DNA from: Octopus sinensis
Lineage: Eukaryota
Assembly: GCF_006345805.1 (NCBI RefSeq)
Contig: NW_021837041.1
Coordinates: 9,872 to 73,871 of the forward strand
Length of the DNA: 64,000 nt
Reading direction: 5' to 3'
Position numbers and translations under genes: made by a program. The notes under the pieces were generated by a model. That model saw nothing but the letters and a program-made list of their open reading frames with translations, was not told the DNA's origin and did not search any database. The stretch's first letter is position 1; each line of letters opens with the position of its first letter. Positions 1-12,885 of this stretch are shown in pieces.

Positions 1-76
1 TAGCAAGTTAATGCAGGGAGTTTATCTCGTCCCCCTCCGGCATTTTAGTTCATGCAATTGTAAAACACCGCATCAT

Positions 77-424
77 TTATCCGGGACGTCCTAGTCCCAG
101 ATATAAAGGTAAACATAAAATATTTCCACTTTGCAAGGTTTGAGTCGAGTACTCCCTTGCACGCTCCATTGACTCGAACCTTGCTTCTATTGTGGCGAAT
201 TTACCGTCTCTGGTTAGATACTTGATATCTTTCATAGTCGCACCAAGATACTTTTCAATGGTGCATTCCTCCAGGTGTTCAAATCGTTTTTTTCCCTCTA
301 TATTGTATACTTTATAGACAATAGTCTTTTCTTTAATTTAATTTTTTATTTCGTTTGGTGGTGTTATCCTAGATTCACCGTCTTTGTCGGTGATCAATCC
401 GAAATAGGTTTGTATTTCTTCCAT
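77..424 (-). pseudogene. Degenerate ORF, possibly the start of a LINE ORF1-like protein
   Basis: Manual translation from ATG at 424: MEEIQTYFGLITDKDGESRITPPNEIKN*IKEKTIVYKVYNIEGKKRFEHLEECTIEKYLGATMKDIKYLTRDGKFATIEARFESMERAREYSTQTLQSGNILCLPLYLG. It has one internal stop and a protein-like composition. The LINE ORF1 assignment is a resemblance only. Confidence 0.3.
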
Positions 425-859
425 TTTAATTTTAATGAGTTCGCCGCCCACCGACGGCTGCAGCGTAATTCATTTTTGAACTTTATTCTATCGAAGACAT
501 TTTAACAAAAGTGCTTCCGTGTAAACGGTGAAAATATTGTCAAGTTCCCCAAACAGGGACACAATTCAATTTTTAAACAATAACCAAAGCGCCTTCTCCC
601 AAAGGGGTGGGGGTTACGGTTTACAATTATTTAACAAATGCAACACAACAATGTTTCCCTTACGAGGAACCAACAAACGTGATAACAATAGTTAAACAGA
701 AATAATAATAACAACAAACCTTACGGTAAACCAAAAAGCAGTACTCTGTTGAAGCTATAGGCCTTTATGGATCAGAAGTAAACCAATTGCGGTACTCAGT
801 AGAAGCATCTTTCGAGAAAACAGACATTACATACAGCCAAACTTCATAAGATACTTAAT

Positions 860-1368
860 GCTAGCTAATTAGCAAATAATCTAATGTAAAAGCCGTGCAC
901 ACCTCCATCTGGACTATTCCATTTCTGCACTTAAATTTTATTTTTTATTTATTCCCATTCATGTGAAACCACTGATTCAAGTTCAAGTCATTGATGCAAT
1001 TTTATACCAATTGCTATTTCTGCTTTTGTTATGTTACGATAATATTATACTTTAGTTTGATTTTAATTATTACTTACTACATATAATTCAATTGTTATTA
1101 TTATTTTTATTGTTAAAGTGAAAGCATCTGACATAAAATAGAGAAATGTTTTTGTTTCACTTTTAACACGTAATACTGAAATAGTGGAGAAGATATGATA
1201 TTGCTATGGGCTCGCTCTAGGTAAGAAGTTGAACATTTTTTTGCCCATGAAACTACATGGACCCTAAGTAAGGCATGTGTAAAATTTGAATGAAATTAGT
1301 TGTGTAGTTCTCAAGTTTTAGGGAAACACACAGACAGACACACATTCTCAGTTTTATATATATAAAGA
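860..1368 (+). mobile_element. Possible non-autonomous Helentron/DINE-1-like element
   Basis: Ends in gtgtaaaatttgaatgaaatt...acacacagacagacacacattctcagttttatatatataaagat, resembling DINE-1/HINE 3' ends. The 5' boundary is uncertain. Confidence 0.35.
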
Positions 1369-1447
<79 letters not shown>

Positions 1448-1468
1448 ATATATATATATATATATATG
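1369..1468. repeat. (ATCT)n + (AT)n microsatellite
   Basis: Direct reading of the sequence. Confidence 0.95.
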
Positions 1469-2368
1469 GGGCGTACAAATGCAAACTGAAATTTCAAAAA
1501 CACCCGAAGGCCGAGAAGACAATATTAAACTTTGGAGAGAAAACTGGGAAGAACGAGGAATTAACATCTCTTCAACGCTGGGAGATAAGTGTTCTTTGGT
1601 TCTCCAATTATGGATTTCATTTTGAAAACGTGTACTCTACCAATAACCCGATCCCCTTTCTTAACCGATTAATCAAACACTTAAATATGGAAAATATATT
1701 CACAAATTCATAAGGAAAATTCAAGACTACTTCGACAAGAAAATAATCCAACTAAACAGTTTTCTCACTGACTGAACTAAACTTTCCCAAAAAACCGAAG
1801 ACATACACAACGGATAAAAAATATCAACTTAAAAAACAATCACAGAGAGAAACAACTACAATTGAGAACAACAAATGTACAAAAAAGGACAAGTTAACAG
1901 AGAAAATGTCCTCGGATATATAAACGGTAACAAAAAGAAAACCTTGAAAAATCATTTTTTAGATGCAGCTGACAGAGTTCTCGACATCAGATGGTACAAA
2001 CCAAAGATGAGAAGCTGAAGATAACTAACCTCACCTCCAAAACTCTCTCAGTAGAAGAATAGGCTTAAAATTTACTCCAACATCACACTACACTAATTCA
2101 GAAATACAGAAATACAGAAAGATATGTAGAAAACTACGCTTAACAGAGAAATTGTACGATGAAGAAACCAGGGACAAATCGATTGTAAGAAACAAGAGCA
2201 ATTACAAGGTAAGAATAAAGCTTTGTATAAATTTTGTGCTTTTATTTCTCCCTTCCCTTACAAAGAACTTCCACACCCCAAAATCAATCCCAATACCAGT
2301 CGAAAGGAATAGGATATTATACATGAACTGAAAAACAATAATGACATAATAATTATGGAAGCAGATAA

Positions 2369-2597
2369 CCACGTGGACATGCCTACAAAGTCGGAAAACA
2401 ACACAGCTCCCACGACTTTCGGAAACATTTTTTCACGCTCAGAGTTGCTGAAGCATGGAATAAACTGCCTGCGTCAGTTGTTGACTGCCATGACACTGCA
2501 TCCTTTAAGGCCCTCATGCTTTCCGAAATCCGCCGAAACAACACCTGATTATATATACACTTTAGATGAGTTGTAGTGCACCTGAGCACTGTACACA

Positions 2598-2678
<81 letters not shown>
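2369..2678 (+). mobile_element. 5'-truncated CR1/L2-type LINE 3' end with (ATT)n tail, nested in the PLE
   Basis: 2372-2548 translates to RGHAYKVGKQHSSHDFRKHFFTLRVAEAWNKLPASVVDCHDTASFK..., the typical CR1 C-terminal pattern. It is flanked by an ATAA duplication (2365-2368 and 2679-2682), and removing it restores EADKGSA. Confidence 0.85.
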
Positions 2679-2681
<3 letters not shown>

Positions 2682-4231
2682 AGGGAAGTGCTATAGTTAT
2701 GGACATTGAACTCCACAAAAGAGATATTACTATCTATATTACAAGATATGACCCATCACGAAAAGGTGAATAATTGCCAAAATCAAATAAAATAATTGAA
2801 ACAGACATTCATCACAAGCAAACAGATTCTAAACAATACTTACTGTTCTCCTCATGTCATCCCAAACTCACGAAGAATAATATTATCTTTAATCTAGAAA
2901 GAAGAATCTGCACAATTGTCTCAAACCCTGAAACTCGCAATAAAAGACTCCGGGAACTAAAACAGATACTACTTAAAATACAATATCCATTAATGTTAAT
3001 AGACAACCGAATAGAACGTACCAAAGCAATAAATATCCAAGAACTAAAAAATACCTAAGACGCTCCAGGTACATCCAATATTCTACCCTTTATTACAACA
3101 CACAACCTAGATTTACAGAACATCCCACTACTAAGAGAAAACCCAAGAATGAAACAAGCATTCGAAATACACAAAATAATCAACAGTAAAAGACAATCAA
3201 ATTACCTCAAAGATTCCTCACAAGTGCTAAATTTCCTTCCACAATTTCTACATCAACAGTCAAAAAGTGTGGCTGTCCCAATTGCGGGACTTGCATCAAC
3301 CTTATTGACGACACAGCATACAAATTCAAATCAGGACAGATTTTTAGCGTAAAAAATCACTTTACATGTTCTTCAAGGAATCTAGTATACGCTATCGAAT
3401 GTCAAAGATGTAATGAAGATTACATAGGTCAAACAAAGCTCACTCTAAGAAATAGATTGACCAATCACCGACAACACATACGAGGCCCCAGTACTAGAAA
3501 GATTCCACTGAGTGGTCACATAGACATATGTGCAAAAAATAAGCCCTCCACATTCCAGATATTCCCACTCTACTTATGTTCGGCGACTACCACAGATGAA
3601 GAACGGATAAACAAAGAAAATACTTTAATACAAAAGTACAAACCAAGACTTAACAAACTTTAACAGAGTCCTTACACAAATAACTATTTACACACAAAAC
3701 TCATTCTGCCACTTAACTTAAGGAACCTACACAGCCAACAAACTAAACTTTAGCCGCTGGACTACATACAAACGACTCCTGTCCACTCTCCCACCAGACA
3801 GATTAAATTTGAAGTGGCTTGGTTGTAACTAAACATGTTCCCTCTACCGTATCGGTCATCATTTTAGGCACAAAATATACTGTCACGTGATACTAAAGCA
3901 CGGACGCAGTGGCAAACGTAGAAGAGGTTACTTAATCACGTATTCATTCTCTATAAAACACTTGACAGATGACATTCAGAGCATTGGTACTGTCACTAAA
4001 CATGTTCAGTCAACTGAGTCAGCCTTAACTTACGACGCCAAACATTGTCACTTGATACCAAAAAAACGAACGTAGCAGAGAACCTACAAACATTTTTAAG
4101 ACCAGTAATATGACTATCCTCTACCAATGAAATCCTATTCAAAACATATACTAATCTAAGTAATGAACTCCCTATAAAAATAGGGCAAGCTTGAAACACT
4201 AGTCAGAAAGCAAGATGCCTTTCTATTTCAA

Positions 4232-4270
4232 CTTTTTGAAAATCAGCGTAAAGTGTGAAACCGGTTAAAG
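4232..4270 (+). ncRNA. Candidate minimal type I hammerhead ribozyme (U3-A8 variant) in the PLE 3' pLTR
   Basis: CTTT-TTGAAAA-tcagcgtaaagtgt-GAAA-CCGGT-T-AAAG. Stem I is CTTT/AAAG and stem III is the palindrome ACCGGT. Stem II is poorly paired. Confidence 0.45.
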
Positions 4271-4355
4271 CCTTAAATATGGCAATAAAAAATACTTTAA
4301 CTATTCTCAGAACATTTTCAACTTCTATTTTTCATATATATATTTAGATATAGAG

Positions 4356-4665
4356 GTCCCCATGCAAAACATCAACTCCTAATATACATCACACCATATA
4401 AAAGAATTTTATTTTAATAATTACTAATCATTTCTAAATTCTACAGGTGTTTCTTGAGGTTCCTTTACCGTTCCTTAAGCACGAAGTCTTTTACAGGAAC
4501 ATTTCTTAAACGCAACCCCAATCATCAGGTCTCTAAATAACTTTATTATAATTCAATACCAAGAAACACGTGTAGCAGAGAAATTTAGAAATGATTAGTA
4601 AGCATTAAAATAAAATTCTATTATATGGTGTAATGTATATCAGGATTTGATGTTTTGCAAGGGGA
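4356..4665. repeat. Inverted repeat pair (about 100-bp arms), pLTR-like
   Basis: 4356-4456 is the approximate reverse complement of 4559-4665. The minus strand carries CTGATGA-TTGGGGTT...AACCTCAA-GAAACACCTGTA (4441-4533) without a convincing stem I. Confidence 0.75.
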
Positions 4666-4714
4666 ATTCTATCTCTAAATAACACACACACACACACACA
4701 CACCACACACACAC

Positions 4715-4754
<40 letters not shown>

Positions 4755-4873
4755 GATTTGACGAATTGCATGGGAACTTCTATCTCTAAATAATATATAT
4801 TTCCTTATCGAGAATAATTCATTTTATTTGAATCCCTGTGATGCCGGAATTTTTATTCCCAATAAATAAAATA

Positions 4874-4941
<68 letters not shown>

Positions 4942-5853
4942 CTATCTATCTATCTATCTATCTATATATATATATATATATATATAAGAAAAAGGTTTGG
5001 AAAATGCAATTTAAACGATGTTTATTTTAACCTAACGGTTTCACTTTGGTAAAAGATTGTCAAAAGTAACATTAAAAGTATCATTGAATAATATGGTTCA
5101 AAAAAGTTTTTTACATAATTGTCACATTGAATATTATGCATTCAAAAAAGTTTTTTACATAATTGTCACATTGGATATTATGAATTCAAAAATGTTTTTT
5201 TTATACAAAATTGTCACATTACATGTATAAATATAGTGTTTGGTAACAGAGAAGTTCAATAGTGTGATGAGAATATTTGCAAAAATTGGCAGAAAAGGAT
5301 AAAACAAATATATTATTGGAAATTTGGTTGCGTTAATTATTGGTTGTCGTAAATTGTCACATTACATGTATATATATACAGTCTTTGGTATATATATACA
5401 ATCTTTTGACAGCAAAAATTAAAATGGATTTTTTTATACATCTCAGAATATTTTAAGTTGAAGGCGAGAATATGTTGTTACTGACCTGTTTGTTTTAGCA
5501 GAAAGGTTGAATTGAGAGAAAAAAGGTTGTACCCAGTGTGGTGTATACTTCCCCTTCAAGCATCAATGGTTTTGGGGTTATCAGGAGGTGAGTATGCCTG
5601 CTGGTCAAGCAGCGTCTGTTTGTCACACCCATATATACACACACACACACACACACAACAACACACACACACACACACACACACACATAGTATACAAACA
5701 CACACCACATACACACAACACACACACACACACACACAGAACACACACACACACACAACGCACCACATATATAATATATACACACAACACACAAATATAA
5801 CATGTATTTATATATAATATACACACATATATATATATAACACACATACACAC

Positions 5854-7114
5854 TGAGGGCCTCAAATTTATTCTGCAAAACAACTTCATGTATTTCCACA
5901 ACAACACTTACAGACAGGTCTCGGGAACTGCAATGGGTACGAAAGTTGCACCTACCTATGCAAACCTGGTGATGGCCTACCTGGAATCACATATCTATGA
6001 AAAATCCAAATATAAGTACGGCCAGTCTTTCCACAAATACCTGTTGGAGAACTGGAAACGCTACTTAGATGATTGCCTCATCCTATGGTCCCACACACTC
6101 GACCAACTTATAGACTTCAAAAACCTTATCAACAGTGTAAATAACAACATTCAATTCACAATGGAATATAGTCAGGACCACTACTCCCTTTTCTTGACAT
6201 CCTAATCATTAAAAAAGGCGTCAACATTGAAACTGACTGACTCCATTACAAACCCACTGACTCTAAACAATACCTTCTATTCACCTCCAATCACCCAAAA
6301 CACACAAAGACAAATATCCCCTTCAACCTAGCGAGAAGAATCTGCACTATTGTCTCAAATGACACAACACGAATAGAAGACTCCGGAACTAAGGGCAATT
6401 CTTCTCGAAAGACATTACCCGGCATCACTAGTAGACAACGGAATAGAACGGGCCCAATCAATCAACATTCAAGACCTACGAAAACCCAAACACATCCATA
6501 GTACAGTAAATAGCCTCCCCTATCTCTCACACACAACCCAAGGAATGCAGAAGCTTACACTATTATATACAACAACATTCCACAACTAAATCAAGACCCA
6601 CGCCTGAAAAAAATACTGGCAGCTCATAAAATAATAAAAAGTAAGAGACAACCTAAATCCCTATAAAACCTCCTCACCAACGCAAAATTACACAACACAA
6701 ACCCACCGCCCACCATCAAAAAAGTGGTCGCCCCAACTGCAAGACCTGCATCCACCTCATTGAGGGATCGTCGTACAAGTTCCACTCGGGACACACATTC
6801 ATCATAAAAATAATTTCACGTGCGCATCAAAAATTTACTCTACGTCATAAGGTGTGAAGGATGCCACGAAGACTACATAGGGCAAACGAGCCTTACCCTC
6901 AGAGAAAGAATGACAGTTCACCGACAACAACTGAGGGACCCCCACAAGACAGATACCACTAAGTGGACACTTAGACCTTTGTGCACACAATAAGTCCCCC
7001 AAATTCTTAGTCTTCCCACTATACCAATGCTCGGACAACACCACAGACCAAACACGAATAAATAAGGAAAGTAATCTTATTCAAAAATACAGACCACAAC
7101 TAAACATACTCTAA
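5854..7114 (+). pseudogene. Penelope RT (C-terminal half) + GIY-YIG endonuclease, frameshifted
   Basis: RQVSGTAMGTKVAPTYANLVM, WKRYLDDCLILW, thumb HYKPTDSKQYL...KTNIPFNLARRICTIVSN, and GIY-YIG NLLYVIRCEGCHEDYIGQTSLTLRERMTVHRQQ. Stop at about 7112-7114. Confidence 0.9.
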
Positions 7115-7139
7115 CATACCCCCTGGAAACACATCCAGA

Positions 7140-8605
7140 GCAAGCACGCAGGGACACGCGCACACTCACAGCATATCGTGCGGGCGGGCACATGCACGCA
7201 TCGGCACGCATCGGCACGCATAGGACACACTAGCGGGCATTGACCGCACACATACGTGGCATACACACGCAAGCATTATATATATGTAGGTTATGTATGT
7301 GTGTGAGTGTTGTGTGTGTGTGTGTGTGTGCACGTTGTGCGTGTGTGTGCGCGTGTGTATATATGTGTGTGTGTGTGTGTGTGCACTGTGTGCGTGTGTG
7401 TGTGTGTGTGCGCGCGTTGTGTGTGTGTGTACGTGTGAATATATGTGTGTGTGTGTGTGCACTGTGTGCGTGTGTGTGTGTATGTGTGTGTGTGTGTGTG
7501 TGTGAGCATTGCATACGTGTGTATGTATTTACATGTGTATTTGTTTATATATATTATATATATATATATATATATATGTGAGTGTTGTGTGTGTATATGC
7601 ATGGTATGTATGTATATGTGAGTACATTGTTTGTGTGTGTGTGCGGTATGTAGAGATATATTTGAGTGTGTACGCTATAGGTTTGTAATTTGTGTGTGTG
7701 GGTGTGTGTGTGAATTTTTATATATTTATGTGTGTGTATGTGTGTGAAAAAATATATGTATGTGCATGTATGTATGTATGTATATGTATATATATATATG
7801 TATATATATATGTGTATGTATATGTGTGTGTGTGTATATTTATTTGCATGTTTATGCGTGTATAAACATGTGCATTATTTGCATGCGCATTGTGTATATG
7901 TATATTGTATGTATGTGTATTGTATATGTATGTGTACAATTAAGTGTATATATGTGTGCATTGTATATATGTATATTGTAGGTGTGCCATATGTGCATGA
8001 ATACATGTATATGCATTGCGTGTATATATATGTATGCATTGTGTATGTATGTTATGTGTGTGTGTGTTTATATATATTTTATGTATGCGTACGTGTATGT
8101 GTATGCATTGTATGTATGTATGTATATTGTGTGTATATGTGGTATATCTATGTATGTGTATGTAAACACTATTTATATGTATACATGTATATATGTATAT
8201 GCATTGTCTATATATATATATATTATATGTATGTATTGCGTACGTATATTGCATGCATATATTGTGTATGTGTATTATATACATGCTGTATTTGTATATT
8301 GTATGTGTATATATATGCTAGGTGTATTTGTGTGATATTTATATTATGTATGGATGTGTGCGTGTGTTGTGTGTGTGTGTGTGTGTGTGTTGTGTGTGTA
8401 TGTGTGTTATATATATATGTGTGTATATTATATATAAATACATGTTATATTTGTGTGTTGTGTGTATATATTATATATGTGGGTGCGTTGTGTGTGTGTG
8501 TTCTGTGTGGTGTGTGTGTGTTGTGTGTATGTGGTGTGTGTTTGTATACTATGTGTGTTGTGGGTGTTGTTGTGGTGTGGTGTGTGTGTGTGTATATATG
8601 TGTGT
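7140..8605. repeat. Compound (TG)n/(TA)n/(TATG)n low-complexity tract
   Basis: Direct reading; this tract is the source of many spurious Cys/Val/Tyr and His/Thr ORFs. Confidence 0.95.
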
Positions 8606-9155
8606 GACAAACAGACGCTGCTTGACCAGCAGGCATACTAACCTCCTGATAACCCAAACCATTGATGCTTGAAGGGGAAGTATACACCACACTGGGTACA
8701 ACCTTTTTTCTCTCAATTCAACCTTTCTGCTAAAACAAACCAGGTCAGTAACAACATATTCTCGCCTTCACTTAAAATATTCTGAGATGTATAAAAAATC
8801 ATTTTAATTTTTGCTGTCAAAAGATTGTATATATATACCAAAGACTGTATATTATACATGTAATGTGACAATTTGCGACAACCAATAATTAACGCAACCA
8901 AATTCCCAATAATATATTTGTTTTATCCTTTTCTGCCAATTTTTGCAAATATTCTCATCACACTATTGAACTTCTCTGTTACCAAACACTATATTTATAC
9001 ATGTAATGTGACAATTTTGTATAAAAAAACATTTTTGAATTCATAATATCCAATGTGACAATTATGTAAAAAACTTTTTTGAATGCATAATATTCAATGT
9101 GACAATTATGTAAAAAACTTTTTTGAACCCATATTATTCAATGATACTTTTAATG

Positions 9156-9200
9156 TTACTTTTGACAATCTTTTACCAAAGAGTGAAACCGGTTAAGTAA
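9156..9200 (+). ncRNA. Candidate minimal type I hammerhead ribozyme (U3-A8 variant)
   Basis: TTACTT-TTGACAA-TCTTTtaccAAAGAgt-GAAA-CCGGT-T-AAGTAA. It has a 6-bp stem I and palindromic stem III ACCGGT, and AATAAA follows. Stem II has a 2-nt irregularity. A degenerate reverse copy lies at about 5030-5075. Confidence 0.55.
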
Positions 9201-9275
9201 ATAAACATCGTTTAAATTGCATTTTCAAACCTTTTTTCATATATAATCCCACTCGTGCGATACCCCACAACTCAA

Positions 9276-9318
<43 letters not shown>

Positions 9319-9376
9319 TTATTTAATTTTTCCACCTTGTTTCACATTTATGTTTACTCCGGTTATATATATATTA

Positions 9377-9424
<48 letters not shown>

Positions 9425-9479
9425 CTTTTTAATTAGAGATCAGCGTTGAATACAAATAATTATGGTGAGTCATATTTAA

Positions 9480-9960
9480 CATGATTGTGTATATTCGGGC
9501 TTAGAAAGTTGTCGAGAAAAGAAATTCACTTTTGAAACAGTAAAGGTCGAAGGACTTCAATGGGCGACGTTGTCCAAGAATAAATGTGAGGCAGTCTTTA
9601 TAATCACACAATGTGTATCATGTGACCTCCAAACTCGTTATATTTAAATCCCATGGACTTCTACGTTTGGACCTTTGTTGGAAACGAGACTAATCAACGT
9701 TTTCACAAACATATCTTCACTGAAGGCTGTCATTGCCCGGGTGATATTCGAAAGGAATAAGGATCATTTAGTGTAGATATGTCAGCGACTCCAGTTCTAA
9801 ATTAATGCGGTTCTCGAAACTGAAAACGTATTCATAAAATAAATTTATCGAGAAACTTGTGCGCAAATTTATATTAAAATACATTTGGTTTTTACTTGAT
9901 TAGACTTATATTATTAAATCACTAATTATGTCCTCAAATAGCTCTTGCACACCGTATACA
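9480..9960 (+). mobile_element. Tc1/mariner-superfamily transposase 3' remnant
   Basis: 9620-9830 encodes a decayed *PPNSLYLNPMDFYVWTFV... matching the WPPNSPDLNPxDYYVW motif. Confidence 0.55.
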
Positions 9961-10271
9961 TACATACATACATATATTCATACATACATACATACACACC
10001 ACACACACACACACACACACAGACCACACATATATATATATATACATATATATATATCTTTCAATATATATGAACACCTATAAGTATACGGACTCAGTCT
10101 CACTCAACCACACACACGCATATATATACATATATATACATGCATATTTATATTTAAGCATATATGTTTATACAATGTTAAAAGATGATTAATAACAGAC
10201 GCAACGAATTAAGTAAACAATAAGAGATATAACTAAACACACTGATGCGCATATATACTTGTATATATATA

Positions 10272-10305
<34 letters not shown>

Positions 10306-10582
10306 GCCACATCCCCTAAATCCCTATATCAACGGCCAGTAAAATAGGAAATAAAACATTCACATCTGGAGAGCTTTGCTAGCAGCAGCCTGTCAATATA
10401 TCTATATCAAATGGTATTAGCAGAGACTTTGCAATGGCAGCCAGACAGAGCCAGGGATATCAGAAAAACGCACAGCCATAAGGTCGACGACTAATATCGC
10501 CGAACGCTGTTTATTATTATGAGTACCAGACGTATCGGTATATCTGTGTATGTGCGTAACAGAGACTGAGGAGTGTTTATAT

Positions 10583-10654
<72 letters not shown>

Positions 10655-10739
10655 GGTGATACATCAGCATGGCTGCAGCTCTGAGCAGAAACTACAGAAA
10701 AAATATGTGTTTGTGTGTATATATATATATATATCACCG

Positions 10740-11036
10740 TGATTGACCAGTCTATCAGGTGTTGCTACACATCGCTAGTCACAATGCGCTTCGCATTGTT
10801 TTAGCCTTCAAATGACGCCACCCCGCTGGCTAAGTGAGTAAGCCAACAGAAGAATGAGTGAAAGAAAGTTGTGGCAAAAGAGTACAGCAGGGATCCCCTC
10901 TTACCCCTGCTGGAGCCTTGTGGAGCTTTTAGGTGTTTTCGCTCAATAAACACTCACAACGCCCGGTCTGGGAATCGAAACCGCTATCCTACAACCGCGA
11001 GTCCACTGCCCTAACCACTGGGCCATTGCACCTCCA
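10740..11036 (-). mobile_element. tRNA-derived SINE (family 3)
   Basis: The reverse strand begins ggaggtgcaatggcccagtggttagggcag...ggtttcgattcccagacc (A and B boxes). It shares its head with 56350-56697. Confidence 0.8.
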
Positions 11037-11915
11037 CACACACACACATATATATATATAAATGTATGTATATATGTATATATATATATATGTATATAAT
11101 ATATATATATGTATATATATGTGTATATATATGTTCATATATATATATATATATATGTGTGTGTCTGTGTGTGAGTTTTTATATATGTAGGTTAACGAAC
11201 CCCAGCGAAACCTATATGAGAAACCCTAGCATGTGTACTGACGATGCTATTAACCTCAAAAGTGTAAGAATTACGTGACAAGAGAAATTGAACTGCGGTG
11301 ACTCGTTCGTGGCATGTTCCACTTCATTGAAAACAGAATGTCTTTAGAATCCACGTAATTCGATATTGCAAACTTTTAACCCTTCATCCATCGTTAAGTT
11401 ATTTCTTTGGAAGACCTGGATTTCGAGAAAGAATTTACTAGAATTAGTGAATTAGATATCATGATGATAAATTATTCAAGCCTAGGTTCAGGGCTACAAA
11501 TTCGGAGCAAGGGGTTGGTCGATCTAATCGTTCCCTTTTCTTTGTTAATATTCAGTTTCATCGACTCCAGACGAAGGGAAGCACAAAACAAAAGGATTAT
11601 TTGGGTGTTTTATAGATTCTGATTATTCATTAATCTGTCAGGACCTGACTATTCAGTTGTAACATATTTGTCGCGCTCGAAGACATAATCTAGGTTTCCA
11701 TTAAACTTCTCAAATAAGATTTGGAGGTTGGTAAGGAGCTTTGTTTCAGAGAAAACTCGCTTTGGGTGACAATTAACACTCAAGAATTTATATACAAAAG
11801 TACGAAATTGCAGCGCATTCGTATTATTCAATAAATAGATGGTAACTTACGTAACCTTTTCAAATTACCGATGTTTCCAAGTGGTCTCCAAATACGAATC
11901 ATTTTAAGTATAAAT

Positions 11916-11983
11916 ATAGCTCGGCCGGAAGAGCATCAGACTTTTAATCTGAGGGTGGTGGGTTCAAGTCCCCACTGGCGGTG
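11916..11983 (+). pseudogene. tRNA-Lys(TTT)-like pseudogene or SINE head
   Basis: atagctcggccggaagagcatcagacttttaatctgagggtggtgggttcaagtcc matches the D, anticodon (TCAGA-cTTTTaa-TCTGA) and T arms of tRNA-Lys(UUU). The 5' acceptor strand is missing. Confidence 0.7.
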
Positions 11984-12033
11984 CCCCATCAAAGCTGAGG
12001 CTGAAACCTATAAAAGAATAAAGGAATGATAGA

Positions 12034-12110
<77 letters not shown>

Positions 12111-12854
12111 GATATAAGTTAGAGGTGTTAAGCCTTCTAAGGGATAGGAGTATCCAGAGGCACTCCTGGTAATTACCTCCATAACTATGGTCCTCAGTAT
12201 AATGTATACGGCTGTAGGTAATTTAAAAAGCTAGGCCGTAGTTTAATGTATATATAGACAAACAGGAAATGGAGAAAAAACAACAAAGAGGAGTGTATCT
12301 TTGGTACTAAAAAGCCATTATTTAATTAGTTAAGCAAGGTTATTTCCCTCGTCTGGAGTCGATAAAACTGCTTAACTAATTAAATAATGGCTTAACTAAT
12401 TAAATAATAGTACCAAAGATACACTCCTCTTTGTTGCTTTTCTCCATTTCCTGTTAGTCTATATATACATTAAACTACGGCTTACCTTTTTAAGTTACCT
12501 ACAGCCGTATACATTATACTGAGGACCATAGTTATGGAGATAATTACCAGGAGTGCCTCTGGATACTCCTATCCCTTAGAGGGCTTAACACCTCTAACTT
12601 ATATCTATATATAGTAACAAACTGAAGAAAAGAGTACCTTCAAACGGCTGTGTTAATCATCCAATTCGCTGGTACCTTCTGTTGGATAACATATAAATAT
12701 GGGTATAATGCAATGAGAAAGATAAATTAAATAGAGAGATACTATTGACAGTCCAATAATTTATTTATATTATAATATTATATAAATACTTTTAATCCGA
12801 GGGTCACGCTCATAATACATATATTATTAGATATTTAATTATACACATACATAC

Positions 12855-12885
<31 letters not shown>

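Larger units (their letters stand above)
1469..4350 (+). mobile_element. Degenerate Penelope-like element, copy 1 (RT core deleted; thumb and GIY-YIG retained)
   Basis: IIMEAD|KGSAIVMD motif (2350-2705) is followed by the thumb motif TDIHHKQTDSKQYLLFSSCHPK..FNLERRICTIVSN (2774-3058). The GIY-YIG region reads NLVYAIECQRCNEDYIGQTKLTLRNRLTNHRQHIR...KENTLIQKYKPRLN* (about 3380-3663). There are multiple frameshifts and no YxDD core. Confidence 0.88.
4987..9245 (+). mobile_element. Penelope-like element, copy 2: inverted pLTR / 5'-truncated ORF / pLTR
   Basis: 4987-5852 is a near-identical reverse complement of about 8400-9245. Between them lie the PLE RT/GIY-YIG remnant and about 1.4 kb of TG/TA-rich repeat. 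Confidence 0.85.

Noticed and set aside
7140-8690. Numerous long Cys/Val/Tyr/His/Thr/Ile-rich ORFs here and throughout the window
   Set aside because: They are translations of (TG)n, (CA)n, (TA)n, (TATG)n and (AAT)n microsatellites, with no domain content.
11916-11983. Functional tRNA-Lys gene
   Set aside because: The 5' acceptor strand is absent and the D-arm is altered; kept only as a pseudogene or SINE head.
12615-12655. CTGAAGA...CAAAC (also at about 13455) and CTGAGGA + hairpin in the 12.1 kb palindrome as hammerheads
   Set aside because: The G12/GAAA half-core is missing and stem II is mispaired, so no ribozyme can be called.
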